This document shows, piece by piece, positions 23,801 to 31,824 of a DNA stretch of 64,000 bases (position 1 is the first letter of the stretch; each line of letters begins with the position of its first letter). The stretch is taken from NCBI GenBank assembly GCA_965552055.1, contig CBEVQO010000001.1:192001-256000 (forward strand). Reading direction: 5' to 3'. The notes under the pieces were generated by a model, which ran no database searches, was not told where the DNA came from, and saw nothing but the letters and a program-made list of their open reading frames with translations. Position numbers and translations under genes: made by a program. Origin of the DNA: an uncultured bacterium. GTDB lineage: Bacteria; Hydrothermota; UBA3073; NMUJ01; CBEVQO01.

Positions 23801-26757
23801 TTTTTGACACGCACTTTGTCAACGAGTTTTGCAAGAATTATGTATCTGCCTTCAGGGAGAGGTAAGTAAATTGTGTCAATTATAAAATCAGTTGCCAGAG
23901 GTTCATAGTCTCCATCGGTTTCTATAGTTTCGATTTTCATTTTATAAAAAGGAAAACTAACTTCGATCATATTTGTATCTTTACCGCATATAAAGATGGT
24001 ATCTGTATCCGGGGTTATAACCCAGAGAGAGCAACATTTCACACCTGACCTGTCAACTCCTTTAAATTTGATTTTGACGGTATCTTTGTTTGTAGCGAAA
24101 TTAGGCTTAGGTTCTATAATCACAATTTCAGGAGGTTCGAAATCCGGAATTCCAGGTGAAATTGACGCTATTCCTTCACCCCAATGCCTTCTTCGCTCAC
24201 ATATTTTCTTAAAACCACTATTGGTTTTTACTCCAAAATACGTCCACTGATCGTTTTCTTTTATCCTAATTTCTCCATCTTCTTCAGGTTTAAATACATT
24301 GGATTTCAATAAATTCGCAATAGAATCTCGTACTTCTCGCGCTTCCAGATCGTAAGGGGACAATCCTCCCACTCCATCACCACAAATGCCTATCAAAACG
24401 GTATCACCTACGGATAATGATTTTAGGTAATTGTATAAACGGTCGGCTTCTATTTTTCCTGAATCGGGGAATTGAGGATTATAATAAGTTCTAAATCTTT
24501 CGGTATCTACAGGTATTCCATTTCTTATGACGACTACCCAGATGCCAGGTTTATCTTCAAAGTTTATCACATTTCCAGCTGCAAGGAACTTTATGTAGTT
24601 TCCATCTTTGCTTCCTGCTGATTCTATTGCATTTAAATACCCTCGACCTGCAGCTAAAATCGGTCTTTTAACTTGATATTCTCTCGGGAAGCGCCAAGAT
24701 TGACCTATTGCGTGATCGGGAACAAAGCTATTATAAGTATTATATAAAGTATCCATATGGATTCTGCATCCTTTGATCCCTTTTATTTTTACGCTTTCTA
24801 TACCTTTAACCAAAAAAGGTTCAAATGAAGTGGTGTAAAATTTAGAACCATTGCAGTCTAACTGTAAATGAAAACCATAAAAATTGGTATCCAATGGGAA
24901 AGGTATGGTATAACTTTTTCTACCTTTTTCAATTAGGCTTTTTAAACCCATTTCTTTTAAATTACAGGTTATTGTTGTCTCCTTAACTATGGGTTTATTA
25001 AAATAATTTAAATACGGATCATCTCCTATTATTTTAATTTTTAAAGTTAACTTTTTATCAAAATTATAGGTAGGAGATAGCAGAAATACTTTCACACTAC
25101 AGGGAGCTCCTTGAAAGAAGAATGAATCAGGAAAAAACCACTTTACTTGTTGCACTAATAATTCATAAGGTTGAGAGGAAAAATCTCCGCATTCGCTCAA
25201 ACTATGTATAACGGCGTTCGTCCTCGTAATATTTAATGTCTTGTCCCATAATTCTTTCATTGTATTACAAAAATCTAAGTTTCCGTCCCCGTTAAGGAAA
25301 TTAAATATTTTTTTATTACAAAGAAGAAGCATTTTTTTAAGTACTTCAAAATTCCAGTGCGTGAAAGGTTCCTTTGACTCCCAAAATTCCGATGCAAATG
25401 TATAGTTTTTTAACAATCTTTCTTTCATTATGCAGTATTCTATATTTGTTCTTAACTCATAAGGCATTTGAGCTTCTAAGGGAGGGGCTTCTGCTGCTTC
25501 ATCGTACAAAGGTTCTGTGAAATTAAGCCATTCATTGGATAACAACAAATTTGCATATACGATAGCATCCATATCACTTTTAATTGGAAGCGAACATACT
25601 TTTTTTATGTGTTTAATGGTGAAATATATCCACCTTGTTGTTATTTCTGCTTCCATTTTATTTTCTTCCCAGTTCGCATAAACTCTGCAATCAGCAGGCA
25701 ATAAATAAAACCATACAGGTATTACCGCTAATAAAAAGCGTGAACCGCCATCTCTTCTCTTTGCAAAATAAGAATAAATCATCCTATATATCAACGCTCT
25801 TAAATATTTTTTATTTGATGTCAATATATCTCCGATTTTACAATTTGCAATTACTATTTTAGCAAGAGTTTTTATTAAACCTTCTTTCCAATTATTTGGT
25901 TTGCTCTTTTCTATTTCTTTTCCTATGTTTTCTTTAACCATAACTTCAAACAATTCTGAAAAATCATCTAAACTTTTATATGCTCGCGAATATTTAACAA
26001 ATAAAAAGAATTCTTCATAGCTCTTTCTAATCTCATCAGCAGGTATACTTGAGTCTATTGAGTGAATAAAATTTGCTAAATCGAAATGCACTATCAAAGG
26101 AGGGACTTCAAATAATAAACCTCCGTCGTTCCGCACAATCATTCTAAAAATATGGGCTGCATCTAAAATAATCCTTGCGGATGGTAATAGATACAGTGGC
26201 GGTAAAGGAGCGAATTTATCAAGGAATGCCTCTACGAACCATTCTAATTGTTTAAACCTTTCTTTTTCAATGTGAGGAAACCCGATATCGCCTACCTTTA
26301 AGTATTTACACAAAAATGGCAAAAGAATATTATCAATGTGAAAATCCATAAGGAAATGATTTAAGTATCCCAAAGCAAAGCAAACTTTTTCTATTGAAGG
26401 ATCATTTTTATAAGTTATAAAATCTTCATAAGCCTTTTCAAGTAATTGAACAGCGAATTCTGGGCTATGTAAAGATATCAGCGAAGGGTTCACTGAACGA
26501 ACATCTGGTGCGATGCATCCTGCTATAAAGGCGTTTCTGAATCTTAAATATCGCATATATTTATGAGTATCGCTAACACTGGGAATCACAATAGGAGGTT
26601 TTTCTCCTAAATCTACTCCGAACTGTCCCTCTATTTGATTCTTTAAACTATCCCATATTACAAAACCCATCCTTCCATGAGTTATTGGACCATATCCTAA
26701 AAGTGTATTTGCAAGTATTATTAAAATACCCACAGCTATTACTTTATCCCCCTTCAT
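14845..26757 (-). CDS. Giant secreted multidomain protein (B2): Zn-dependent phospholipase C-like N-terminus, ILEI/GG lectin-like domain, Ig/FlgD and OmpL47-like repeats, NHL propeller, T9SS-like C-terminal domain
   Basis: Signal peptide; YGPITH, GCIAPD, GYLNHFLMD; SAGSKDGN..GIWVVVI; many DxTPP and WDGK..G..L..G.Y; YVADRNN repeats; YPNPFNP...WKIAVIK. Confidence 0.85.
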   Translation of the reverse strand: MKGDKVIAVGILIILANTLLGYGPITHGRMGFVIWDSLKNQIEGQFGVDLGEKPPIVIPSVSDTHKYMRYLRFRNAFIAGCIAPDVRSVNPSLISLHSPEFAVQLLEKAYEDFITYKNDPSIEKVCFALGYLNHFLMDFHIDNILLPFLCKYLKVGDIGFPHIEKERFKQLEWFVEAFLDKFAPLPPLYLLPSARIILDAAHIFRMIVRNDGGLLFEVPPLIVHFDLANFIHSIDSSIPADEIRKSYEEFFLFVKYSRAYKSLDDFSELFEVMVKENIGKEIEKSKPNNWKEGLIKTLAKIVIANCKIGDILTSNKKYLRALIYRMIYSYFAKRRDGGSRFLLAVIPVWFYLLPADCRVYANWEENKMEAEITTRWIYFTIKHIKKVCSLPIKSDMDAIVYANLLLSNEWLNFTEPLYDEAAEAPPLEAQMPYELRTNIEYCIMKERLLKNYTFASEFWESKEPFTHWNFEVLKKMLLLCNKKIFNFLNGDGNLDFCNTMKELWDKTLNITRTNAVIHSLSECGDFSSQPYELLVQQVKWFFPDSFFFQGAPCSVKVFLLSPTYNFDKKLTLKIKIIGDDPYLNYFNKPIVKETTITCNLKEMGLKSLIEKGRKSYTIPFPLDTNFYGFHLQLDCNGSKFYTTSFEPFLVKGIESVKIKGIKGCRIHMDTLYNTYNSFVPDHAIGQSWRFPREYQVKRPILAAGRGYLNAIESAGSKDGNYIKFLAAGNVINFEDKPGIWVVVIRNGIPVDTERFRTYYNPQFPDSGKIEADRLYNYLKSLSVGDTVLIGICGDGVGGLSPYDLEAREVRDSIANLLKSNVFKPEEDGEIRIKENDQWTYFGVKTNSGFKKICERRRHWGEGIASISPGIPDFEPPEIVIIEPKPNFATNKDTVKIKFKGVDRSGVKCCSLWVITPDTDTIFICGKDTNMIEVSFPFYKMKIETIETDGDYEPLATDFIIDTIYLPLPEGRYIILAKLVDKVRVKNSEKYDWFFYRDTTPPVVEVYQPDSTLWSWKAHPALNIIFKPSDNLENMLFVPKSVWFEVYDSLRDTVVHDTIKFCYFESIRRYGYVDTLSGGKYIVKVFVKDKAGNVSSDTGYFIVDTKPPQIEITQTFTPLIFTSKDTAIIMKYLTDEWTEMEVTFTDYVSGYTEKRYYTGEKEDTNIIYWGKNWFGEYLPDGLYKAEIIARDKAGNEAIVPEPLGGETLRVDRTAPEIIDLYVLPLIPINDTAEVYFKVSERKDIAQNRGICTLKIYVDTLLQLDTVVKPGSSVVSGKALIDLTPLPNGCHNVKLVLKDKWGNVSWKQDQVLKRTFGAEIVYPKDTVEAVRVAIFGRASDPDMRNTSGFDRFEIWWRTTGGIWQKTGIEVLPELRGDSANIGIKQVETPDMLAYWDVSGLADNTCELKLISYEKNGNYLCDIETVYVKPFTGVLPKVTLLTQLTGEDDTLNIQGERDTLKINYLVQGKVSHIRINILDENGKNINDIDLGVIYPYKGVPAILHHGFYLYMIEDTWKIAFRNENGVTVAKCIIRAQSEPGFTVYPTDFFIQNYEDSLIGMIYMADTGTKYLSFKSESRRLEFAFYENDVLTDRLWLGKDTLLCQNPCVIDLGDTIKEVLWFGKNNEGEDVGSDRYKVLLMAIAEDYKGIAIDSAFVNVKTKFEITDVNVSPDVFYPFHEDSVQRLVTLSFKVNRDANVQIDLYHEDAYLKTLVTNLFAAGNWQTYYTWEGTGADTGEYYFVIKATSLDGKDYDTTRSETFKADTGAFSVVYGNIVIPDRYKVGVLGDTVYKELAEFKFEASAEGEYCPPQPYTLVDTAIGKGGKPLVSVTIQAKVEDYEDFPIFATPDFYWAGDPTWAVVNNPYSGGPSSISILLERDYAYWQHCSNGNWYLVKAKGSDDVTTWFLGTGSYRTVYAIYLDATLYSTKSFVNRIGIFNDTLIWTISFGDTLDSVEIQNISYKVEFKDSSKISSGGCYDSISIGGVTFKFFTYSTLYSRIQSGKIISVPSNDLKSIFDTLLIKLHSDTVYYTDIISYDELFPVNPKVVQIGGYQTPHLIAGENVRLIPPWEDSIRVVAETLAWQTTMDTNLKQGKIFSMPIIFTKDEFKPYGKGEQVGFIDWYSNSLKRKVTFEASFVAQKMIIEEEDPGIDGRPRLCTLYVTDTFSTQKELYLTEKSTFGFTSWNVNVPPDYDVTKCICKLKVGDKIVAKEIGAYVNWMAVSLITGGVKLTTSVNFLSKSGIISTCKVINPIEFNATAEVVAQQNDYTATFWDNNSNPYLKITNWNINLKYINDQNNYDLDTLVISYHDSLFGYSALDSFIPVHTLNLDSLPKAFIEIQGDPEGHYYELWAYDGKNLYQLTKRKTPVGGFQTLCYWNSIHAYGKYRLMLKLFESKSSKTPVKVYYKDIYVGDFISHDNVSEAHSPYCRAEIIFKEGAFPTDTIAKISPVLIEDAGLGYGTPIITGNYGPVLLMQPAGAKFDTTKRPTLKFHYTPRDIEKCNIDTSKLKLYGISPSGDIVDLTTFPCQPEADGILTIEAALDSFPGGDFPVFAPLYYTETETVKPVIDSFITINDTTAKIKGHAKPLDSLIIAVTNPLRNIYEVAREVVANYNPTSTLTLSARKFDINDESELIGIYRVATDAEGKFSHLIKVKPGEIVIFVTKLEAFENLKKKIMTSSSSISAIAGWQEPREEPPEEPPEPPEPTEPAIKNAPVGWRKLSVPKLEAEKTLLIVNKTYEETLRIFSFTAGMLYYQVTDKFTKKKVFKADTICFVWEKYDDAGRLLPDGYYRFISFLIDSLGNKSNEVTGYWLVDRVPPQITAYAEPTTFMPSTGEETYIHFTLSESCKIVEIMIENPIGAGVYHKSYFDLKEGSYTEIWDGKDFSGKVLPAGIYMCHITARDYAENYQTIAFSIEIIEDTVPPVTEISIGTPNYGSPPYIDSTTQITISAWDDKSGVDTTYYKINGITHALTTDLLPYSFKLQYPDGEYTIYYNSVDRAKNREDIKSQIVRIDNTSPVAQITITLPKYVSDKMWITSQTDIIMKAEDLIINGIASGVKEINYEVYYNTTKIDADSTFSDSIVYNIIARKDGKYSIICWTFDNLGHRSLTIDTIVYLDNTPPSSHLTFEPPTILIDGKRFVTSNSLIMIFSIDEGCGVKSRYYNFAGYWVEGGEFTLPSDGVYNVKYYAVDNLGNTEPQKCETIYVDNTPPQTQITFGEPKYQDEEGKLWLTSSTKITLKAEDPVISYASSGVKEIHYMINGLENVISGDSVAFTITGEDGEYTIEYWAIDNIGNEEGHKIITVYLDNTPPVSQLTIGEPKYSDNPMYITSHTDLTLTITDEGCGVDTGYWWCDASQKRIYVAETTFTLAEWGEGLHTLYYYGVDKLGNREPTKEKLLAVDDTKPVSELITGTPSYSYGDSTIITSHTDFTLRAEDPLSAGVASGVQKIVYRVDSMPWQEIPDTHFVFTLEDWGLQGQDGMHTISHYAIDNVENKEDVKSHEFILDDTPPECFIISPTESCMVNQNVPVYGRVRDVHFGWWKLEYGEGISPSDWITISEGKKQMIDTILGWFNAKDLSDGIYVLRLTAQDVVLNTSEFRRIIFRCEPQFDLAITGLHKPEGVHILPDGNSWIYVADRNNKRIAYFDYWGNFVGEITGLHHPNAVRFNGEIIYTTLWWGHTHLTVLGFDLSGNEVYSATGLNHPKGINFYGDYIVVAERNWDRLTFLDDSANIVFTIPAHKCEGIGVDSPYIFTCLVCSGKVVKYYVNLFDTAFRVMEIENFDYPADVEISRHKNIWICERNADRIVMCDRFGNRLLIFGEFGKEPGRFNKPCGISLCYEGDVVKEIYVADRNNDRVQRFKLPEFGAVKMPISIFTVDEPLNVEVASYPNPFNPLRNTAKIAVKVNKPAEVKVKIYTLAGNLIWSEEIPVLSGRLDITWDGRNFAGDIVLNGVYICKVIAKTEEESAESIWKIAVIK
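23219..24107. repeat. Direct repeat R (about 889 bp), copy inside the giant gene
   Basis: Reads identical by eye to 28231-29119 (offset 5012); flanks similar with scattered substitutions. Confidence 0.9.
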
Positions 26758-26758
26758 T

Positions 26759-28012
26759 TTAACCTCCTATTTTGCATATTTTTTTCTTAAAAAATTTTTC
26801 TCCTCTTTTTACTACCAAAAAATATATTCCTTTAGATAATCCCGAAAAGTCTATTTGAAAATTCTGCCTGCCTGTGCCTATCAGGCGAAGTATTCTCTTT
26901 ATCCTCAATCTCCCCATTACATCATAAACCCTTACATCAACATCTTCGTCTCCAATAGCTATTAATTGCAGATTTATAAAACCTCTGCATGGATTGGGAT
27001 AGACAACAAAATGCTCCCTGCACGCCTGAACATCCCAAACTATCCTGCCAAATATCCTGCTACTTTGCCAATCAGATGAAATTCTGCGTGTATAAACGAT
27101 CAAAAATTGACCTTGAGAACCGCTTATTTGATATCCATAACGGATAGGAATTTCTATTTCGGCTATTCTTGTGCCTGTTTCGTCTATTATTACGGCATGT
27201 CCTGACCAGATTATCATATAATTATTTCCGTTAAATGCGCAGGGAGGCGATAAGCCTATCTCGTCAGTTAATAAAATTTTAGTAATAAAATTACCCTCAT
27301 TTGAATAAATTTTAGCTACTATTGACTGTGCAAGAGTGGCGTAAGATACACAAAAAGTGTTATTTCCTTTTACACTATACTCCCCTTTCATCGTCCCTTC
27401 GGAAATGCTCGGATCATCAGCTATCGCAAATGACTTTATTTTTTCCAATTGTTCGTTTAACTCAATTCCGTAAAGATTTGACTCATAATATCCTTCGATC
27501 CCATAAACTATAAAATACCTTTCATTGACACATACAATGGCAGGCCCACACAAAATGTACCCTGTCCTCACAAGCACTTTTGGCTCTCCGAGGACTTTGC
27601 CTTCAGGCGATACCTTCACTACTCTCAACTCATCACCTGACCCCCTCTTGCAAATCCAGCAAACAACAAAATTTTCACCATCGAAAGTACAAGCTGCTGG
27701 ACCTATTGTGGTATCTATTATAGTTTCATTTGATAATTTTTTACCTTCGGATGTAAACCATAACCCCATTGTTTTATGTTTTTTTGCAATGACGACCAAG
27801 AATAAAGAATCCCCATAACAAACTGCATAAAGTCCTCCTGTATCAACAGAAATCGGTTCCATATCTAATAATACGCCTTGAGGCGTTACTCTTGCTCCTT
27901 TTATGTAAGCTCCATTTTCTGTCCACAATACAAAATAAATTCCATCTCCATATGCTACTTTTGGACCAGTTTGAAGATTTTCACTCAACCCAATTCTAAA
28001 CTCGTCCCCCAC
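26759..28012 (-). CDS. T9SS-like CTD-containing beta-repeat protein (partner A2)
   Basis: P.VAY.G..YFVLW-type repeats; C-terminal VYPNP...YDVMGR...LSKGIYFL...KKICK. Confidence 0.8.
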   Translation of the reverse strand: MGDEFRIGLSENLQTGPKVAYGDGIYFVLWTENGAYIKGARVTPQGVLLDMEPISVDTGGLYAVCYGDSLFLVVIAKKHKTMGLWFTSEGKKLSNETIIDTTIGPAACTFDGENFVVCWICKRGSGDELRVVKVSPEGKVLGEPKVLVRTGYILCGPAIVCVNERYFIVYGIEGYYESNLYGIELNEQLEKIKSFAIADDPSISEGTMKGEYSVKGNNTFCVSYATLAQSIVAKIYSNEGNFITKILLTDEIGLSPPCAFNGNNYMIIWSGHAVIIDETGTRIAEIEIPIRYGYQISGSQGQFLIVYTRRISSDWQSSRIFGRIVWDVQACREHFVVYPNPCRGFINLQLIAIGDEDVDVRVYDVMGRLRIKRILRLIGTGRQNFQIDFSGLSKGIYFLVVKRGEKFFKKKICKIGG

Positions 28013-28103
28013 TATTATTTTTGCTGTATCAGTGAAGAAAATTAGTGCTAAAACTACCCCATCGTAAATTTTAATCCAATTATCGGAGTGTCAAGAAAAA
28101 ATT
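27981..28103. repeat. 123-bp direct repeat P (promoter plus 5' end of partner gene)
   Basis: Identical to 33134-33256; contains minus-strand TTGACA-N15-TAAAAT. Confidence 0.92.
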
Positions 28104-31100
28104 CAAAACATAAAGGTCAACTATTTCTGGTGCTGTTCTATCCACTCGCAATGTCTCTCCACCAAGGGGCTCTGGTACAATCGCTTCGTTACCTGCTTTA
28201 TCTCTTGCTATTATCTTTGCTTTATAAAGGCCATCGGGTAAATATTCGCCAAACCAATTTTTACCCCAATATATGATGTTTGTATCTTCTTTTTCACCTG
28301 TGTAATATCTCTTCTCGGTATAACCACTGACATAATCTGTAAAAGTAACTTCCATCTCTGTCCATTCATCTGTTAAGTATTTCATTATAATTGCAGTATC
28401 TTTTGATGTGAAAATAAGTGGCGTAAATGTTTGTGTAATCTCTATTTGCGGAGGCTTTGTATCAACTATGAAATAACCAGTATCACTCGAAACATTCCCT
28501 GCCTTATCCTTTACAAATACTTTTACGATGTATTTGCCACCAGAAAGAGTATCCACATACCCGTATCTTCTTATACTTTCAAAATAGCAGAATTTAATAG
28601 TGTCGTGCACAACTGTATCTCTCAATGAGTCATAAACCTCGAACCATACTGATTTTGGTACAAATAACATGTTTTCGAGGTTATCGGATGGTTTAAATAT
28701 TATATTTAATGCAGGATGTGCTTTCCATGACCATAAAGTGGAATCGGGCTGATAAACTTCTACAACAGGAGGTGTGGTATCCCTATAGAAAAACCAATCA
28801 TATTTTTCAGAATTTTTGACACGCACTTTGTCAACGAGTTTTGCAAGAATTATGTATCTGCCTTCAGGGAGAGGTAAGTAAATTGTGTCAATTATAAAAT
28901 CAGTTGCCAGAGGTTCATAGTCTCCATCGGTTTCTATAGTTTCGATTTTCATTTTATAAAAAGGAAAACTAACTTCGATCATATTTGTATCTTTACCGCA
29001 TATAAAGATGGTATCTGTATCCGGGGTTATAACCCAGAGAGAGCAACATTTCACACCTGACCTGTCAACTCCTTTAAATTTGATTTTGACGGTATCTTTG
29101 TTTGTAGCGAAATTAGGCTCTGGTTCTATAATCACGATTTCAGGTGGCTCATAGTCAGGAGGAGTGGTGGGCAGAGCAATCGCAACACCTTCTCCCCAGT
29201 GCCTTCTCTGCTCATAAATCTTCTTAAAACCACTATTAGTCCTTACACCTAAATATGACCATGAATCGTTAAGCTTAATTCGTATCTCTCCCTCCGCTAT
29301 GGGCATTAGACAATCACTACTTAGCAAATTACCTAATTTTTTTCGTATATTTCTAGCATCTGGGTCCTCTGATTTTAATCCTCCCACTCCATCACCACAA
29401 ATACCTATCAAAACGGTATCACCTGTAGATAATGATTTTAGATAATTGTATAAACATTTGGCTTCTTCTATTGGATCAATCCCTCCGGGCGGATTTTTAT
29501 AAGTGTGAAATCTTTCGGTATCTACTGGGGTTCCATTTCTTATCACGACTACCCAGATGCCTGGCTTATCTTCAAAGTTTATCACATTTCCAGCTGCAAG
29601 GAACTTTATGTAGTTTCCATCTTTGCTTCCTGCTGACTCTATTGCGTGGGGATACGCTGCTGAGCCTAATGGAAGTTTACGCCCTCTATTTAAATCAATA
29701 TTTCTAAAAGAATGCACTACATCATCATAAGTGGTATAAAGTGTATCCATATGTTCTCTTGTATAATATCTGCCTCTGAAAAATACTCTCTCTATCGCTT
29801 TTGTGCGCACTGGCTCTAAATCCGTCGTAAAGAAAAGTTTATCACTATTCCAGCATACCGCTATATGATAGCCATAATATTGAGTATCAATTTCAAAAGA
29901 TACAGGTATTTTTATTCTCTTTCCTTGATTGTTTTCAATTAAACTTTTCATTGAAATTGAACTTAAATTCATTGCAATAGAAGTGTCTTTTACGACACTA
30001 TCTTCTCTCCATGAAGAATAAGGTTTGTCTCCCATTATTTTTACTTTCAAAGTTCCTTCTTCATCCGGCAATGTCCAGTAAGGAGAATAAACTTCAAGAG
30101 TGCAGATATTACTTTCATAGAATGTAGGAATAGTTAAAACTTTGTGATCAATGCGAAATGAACCCTTTAAAATTTTTAACATGGATTTTTTGATTGCAAT
30201 ATCGTAGATTTTTTGATTTTCAGACCAATAATTCTCATTTAGCCATTTATTAGAAATATTCCCAGTCTCACAATAATTGATAGCATCAGATAAGCACCGT
30301 AATATAAATTCTTTTTGAGTATTTGCATTTATGGGCAGAGTGTTTTCCCAGAAGCCTTTAAACAAATTGGAATATGGATTAAGTAAGTCGTTTCCTCCAA
30401 ATTTGTGAAATTCTGGATTATTTTTAAAATATTTTTCAAAGTTTGTCCTGGGTTTAAGGAAACTCAGGATAACTATATTTTCAAAAACTCCCAACGGTAT
30501 TTCTACGGTATCTACTTCGAAATAAGTCACTGTTTCATAGCCAAACGCCGGTATAATCGGCTCGATCACTTCTTTTGTTTTAGTAGTACAGACTATTCCC
30601 GGAAGTGTATAATCTGCCCAAATTTTGCAAGAATAATGAATGCTTCCCAAGAGTCTTAATGCGGTTCCTACCCCCGCAAAAGCCAAGCCTATAAAAGAGA
30701 GAAGTGCATTTTGAGATACCACACCTATGAAAGTAAGCCAGTAACCTACCTCCATAAGTATAATACCCCATTCCTCAGCCGGAAAATCAACGCTTATTGT
30801 CAATATATGTTTCCGAGGGTTATCCCCAAAATAATATTCCAATACTCCTTCACTATATCTTTTAATCACTCCTGCAGTGAAAGAAAGTAAAAATCGCTTT
30901 AAATCCTCGTCAAGATTATGAAAATATAATTCACAATATTCTTTTTCTTTAAAATGATTATATGCTCCCAATATTTGTTTTAGCGTTGGTGCTAATTTCA
31001 TTACTACCATTGGAACGAAGAAATAATTTCTCGTTATCATTAATAGAGTAATATCGGGGAAAAGGGAAACAAATGTTTCGTTAAAACCCCAATTTGTAAT

Positions 31101-31823
31101 GTCTCCAGCTGTAATTTTCTCCTTATCAATTGGAGTAACTTCGCGTAATCTATCAAATATATCCACCACAATTGGGGCAACGCATAATCTCTTACTTACT
31201 TCTTGTTTTTCCTCCTCATCGTCCTCTATAATGTTAATCCCTATATTGTCAGCTAGAAATTTTCCTAAAATCTCTGCTGTATCGAATGTTATTTGCATAT
31301 CAGATGCAACTTCAGTATTTGGATAAGCTTTGCAATAATAAAAATCTGTAATCCATCCGATGTTATCAAGCATTTTGTTGGACAAAGCTGATATAGCAGG
31401 GAGTGAAGGATTCCCTACACACGCATACTCACACAGCCAAGGTCTTATCAAAATATCTAAATACCTGTCTTGTAAAATATGAGTTAAATATCCACAGGAA
31501 AAACATAGTTTCATTAAATTTTCCTGAGAAGGAGAATTTTCGCAAGCATCCCATGCAGATTTAATTAATGCCAATGCTCTAGGTCTTTCATGTAATGTAT
31601 TATGAACTTCTTCATCGTCATGATATAAATCAGGAGCAATGCAACCTAATAAGAAACTCTGTTTATAGACATCATTATTTAATGCCACATTTAATTTCTT
31701 TTCAAGTGTATCTTTAAAGCTTTCCCAAATCATTTTTCCATGCCCAATATGCGTTACGAAGCCGTATCCAAATAAAGTTTTATGAAAGAACAAACCCATT
31801 ATCAAAAAGAAAAACCTTTTCAT
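28080..31823 (-). CDS. Truncated paralog of the giant protein (B1) with a divergent Zn-phospholipase-C-like N-terminus; lacks C-terminal sorting domain
   Basis: YGFVTH, GCIAPD, GYLTHILQD; ILEI-like domain; about 340 aa nearly identical to B2, then ends inside repeat P. Confidence 0.85.
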   Translation of the reverse strand: MKRFFFLIMGLFFHKTLFGYGFVTHIGHGKMIWESFKDTLEKKLNVALNNDVYKQSFLLGCIAPDLYHDDEEVHNTLHERPRALALIKSAWDACENSPSQENLMKLCFSCGYLTHILQDRYLDILIRPWLCEYACVGNPSLPAISALSNKMLDNIGWITDFYYCKAYPNTEVASDMQITFDTAEILGKFLADNIGINIIEDDEEEKQEVSKRLCVAPIVVDIFDRLREVTPIDKEKITAGDITNWGFNETFVSLFPDITLLMITRNYFFVPMVVMKLAPTLKQILGAYNHFKEKEYCELYFHNLDEDLKRFLLSFTAGVIKRYSEGVLEYYFGDNPRKHILTISVDFPAEEWGIILMEVGYWLTFIGVVSQNALLSFIGLAFAGVGTALRLLGSIHYSCKIWADYTLPGIVCTTKTKEVIEPIIPAFGYETVTYFEVDTVEIPLGVFENIVILSFLKPRTNFEKYFKNNPEFHKFGGNDLLNPYSNLFKGFWENTLPINANTQKEFILRCLSDAINYCETGNISNKWLNENYWSENQKIYDIAIKKSMLKILKGSFRIDHKVLTIPTFYESNICTLEVYSPYWTLPDEEGTLKVKIMGDKPYSSWREDSVVKDTSIAMNLSSISMKSLIENNQGKRIKIPVSFEIDTQYYGYHIAVCWNSDKLFFTTDLEPVRTKAIERVFFRGRYYTREHMDTLYTTYDDVVHSFRNIDLNRGRKLPLGSAAYPHAIESAGSKDGNYIKFLAAGNVINFEDKPGIWVVVIRNGTPVDTERFHTYKNPPGGIDPIEEAKCLYNYLKSLSTGDTVLIGICGDGVGGLKSEDPDARNIRKKLGNLLSSDCLMPIAEGEIRIKLNDSWSYLGVRTNSGFKKIYEQRRHWGEGVAIALPTTPPDYEPPEIVIIEPEPNFATNKDTVKIKFKGVDRSGVKCCSLWVITPDTDTIFICGKDTNMIEVSFPFYKMKIETIETDGDYEPLATDFIIDTIYLPLPEGRYIILAKLVDKVRVKNSEKYDWFFYRDTTPPVVEVYQPDSTLWSWKAHPALNIIFKPSDNLENMLFVPKSVWFEVYDSLRDTVVHDTIKFCYFESIRRYGYVDTLSGGKYIVKVFVKDKAGNVSSDTGYFIVDTKPPQIEITQTFTPLIFTSKDTAIIMKYLTDEWTEMEVTFTDYVSGYTEKRYYTGEKEDTNIIYWGKNWFGEYLPDGLYKAKIIARDKAGNEAIVPEPLGGETLRVDRTAPEIVDLYVLNFFLTLR
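28231..29119. repeat. Direct repeat R, copy inside the truncated gene
   Basis: Identical by eye to 23219-24107; shadow ORFs 23419-23616 and 28431-28628 have identical translations. Confidence 0.9.
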
Positions 31824-31824
31824 T

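Noticed and set aside
23095..29140. Repeat R as a DGR template/variable repeat pair
   Set aside because: Core is identical, flank differences are not adenine-specific, and no reverse transcriptase is in the window
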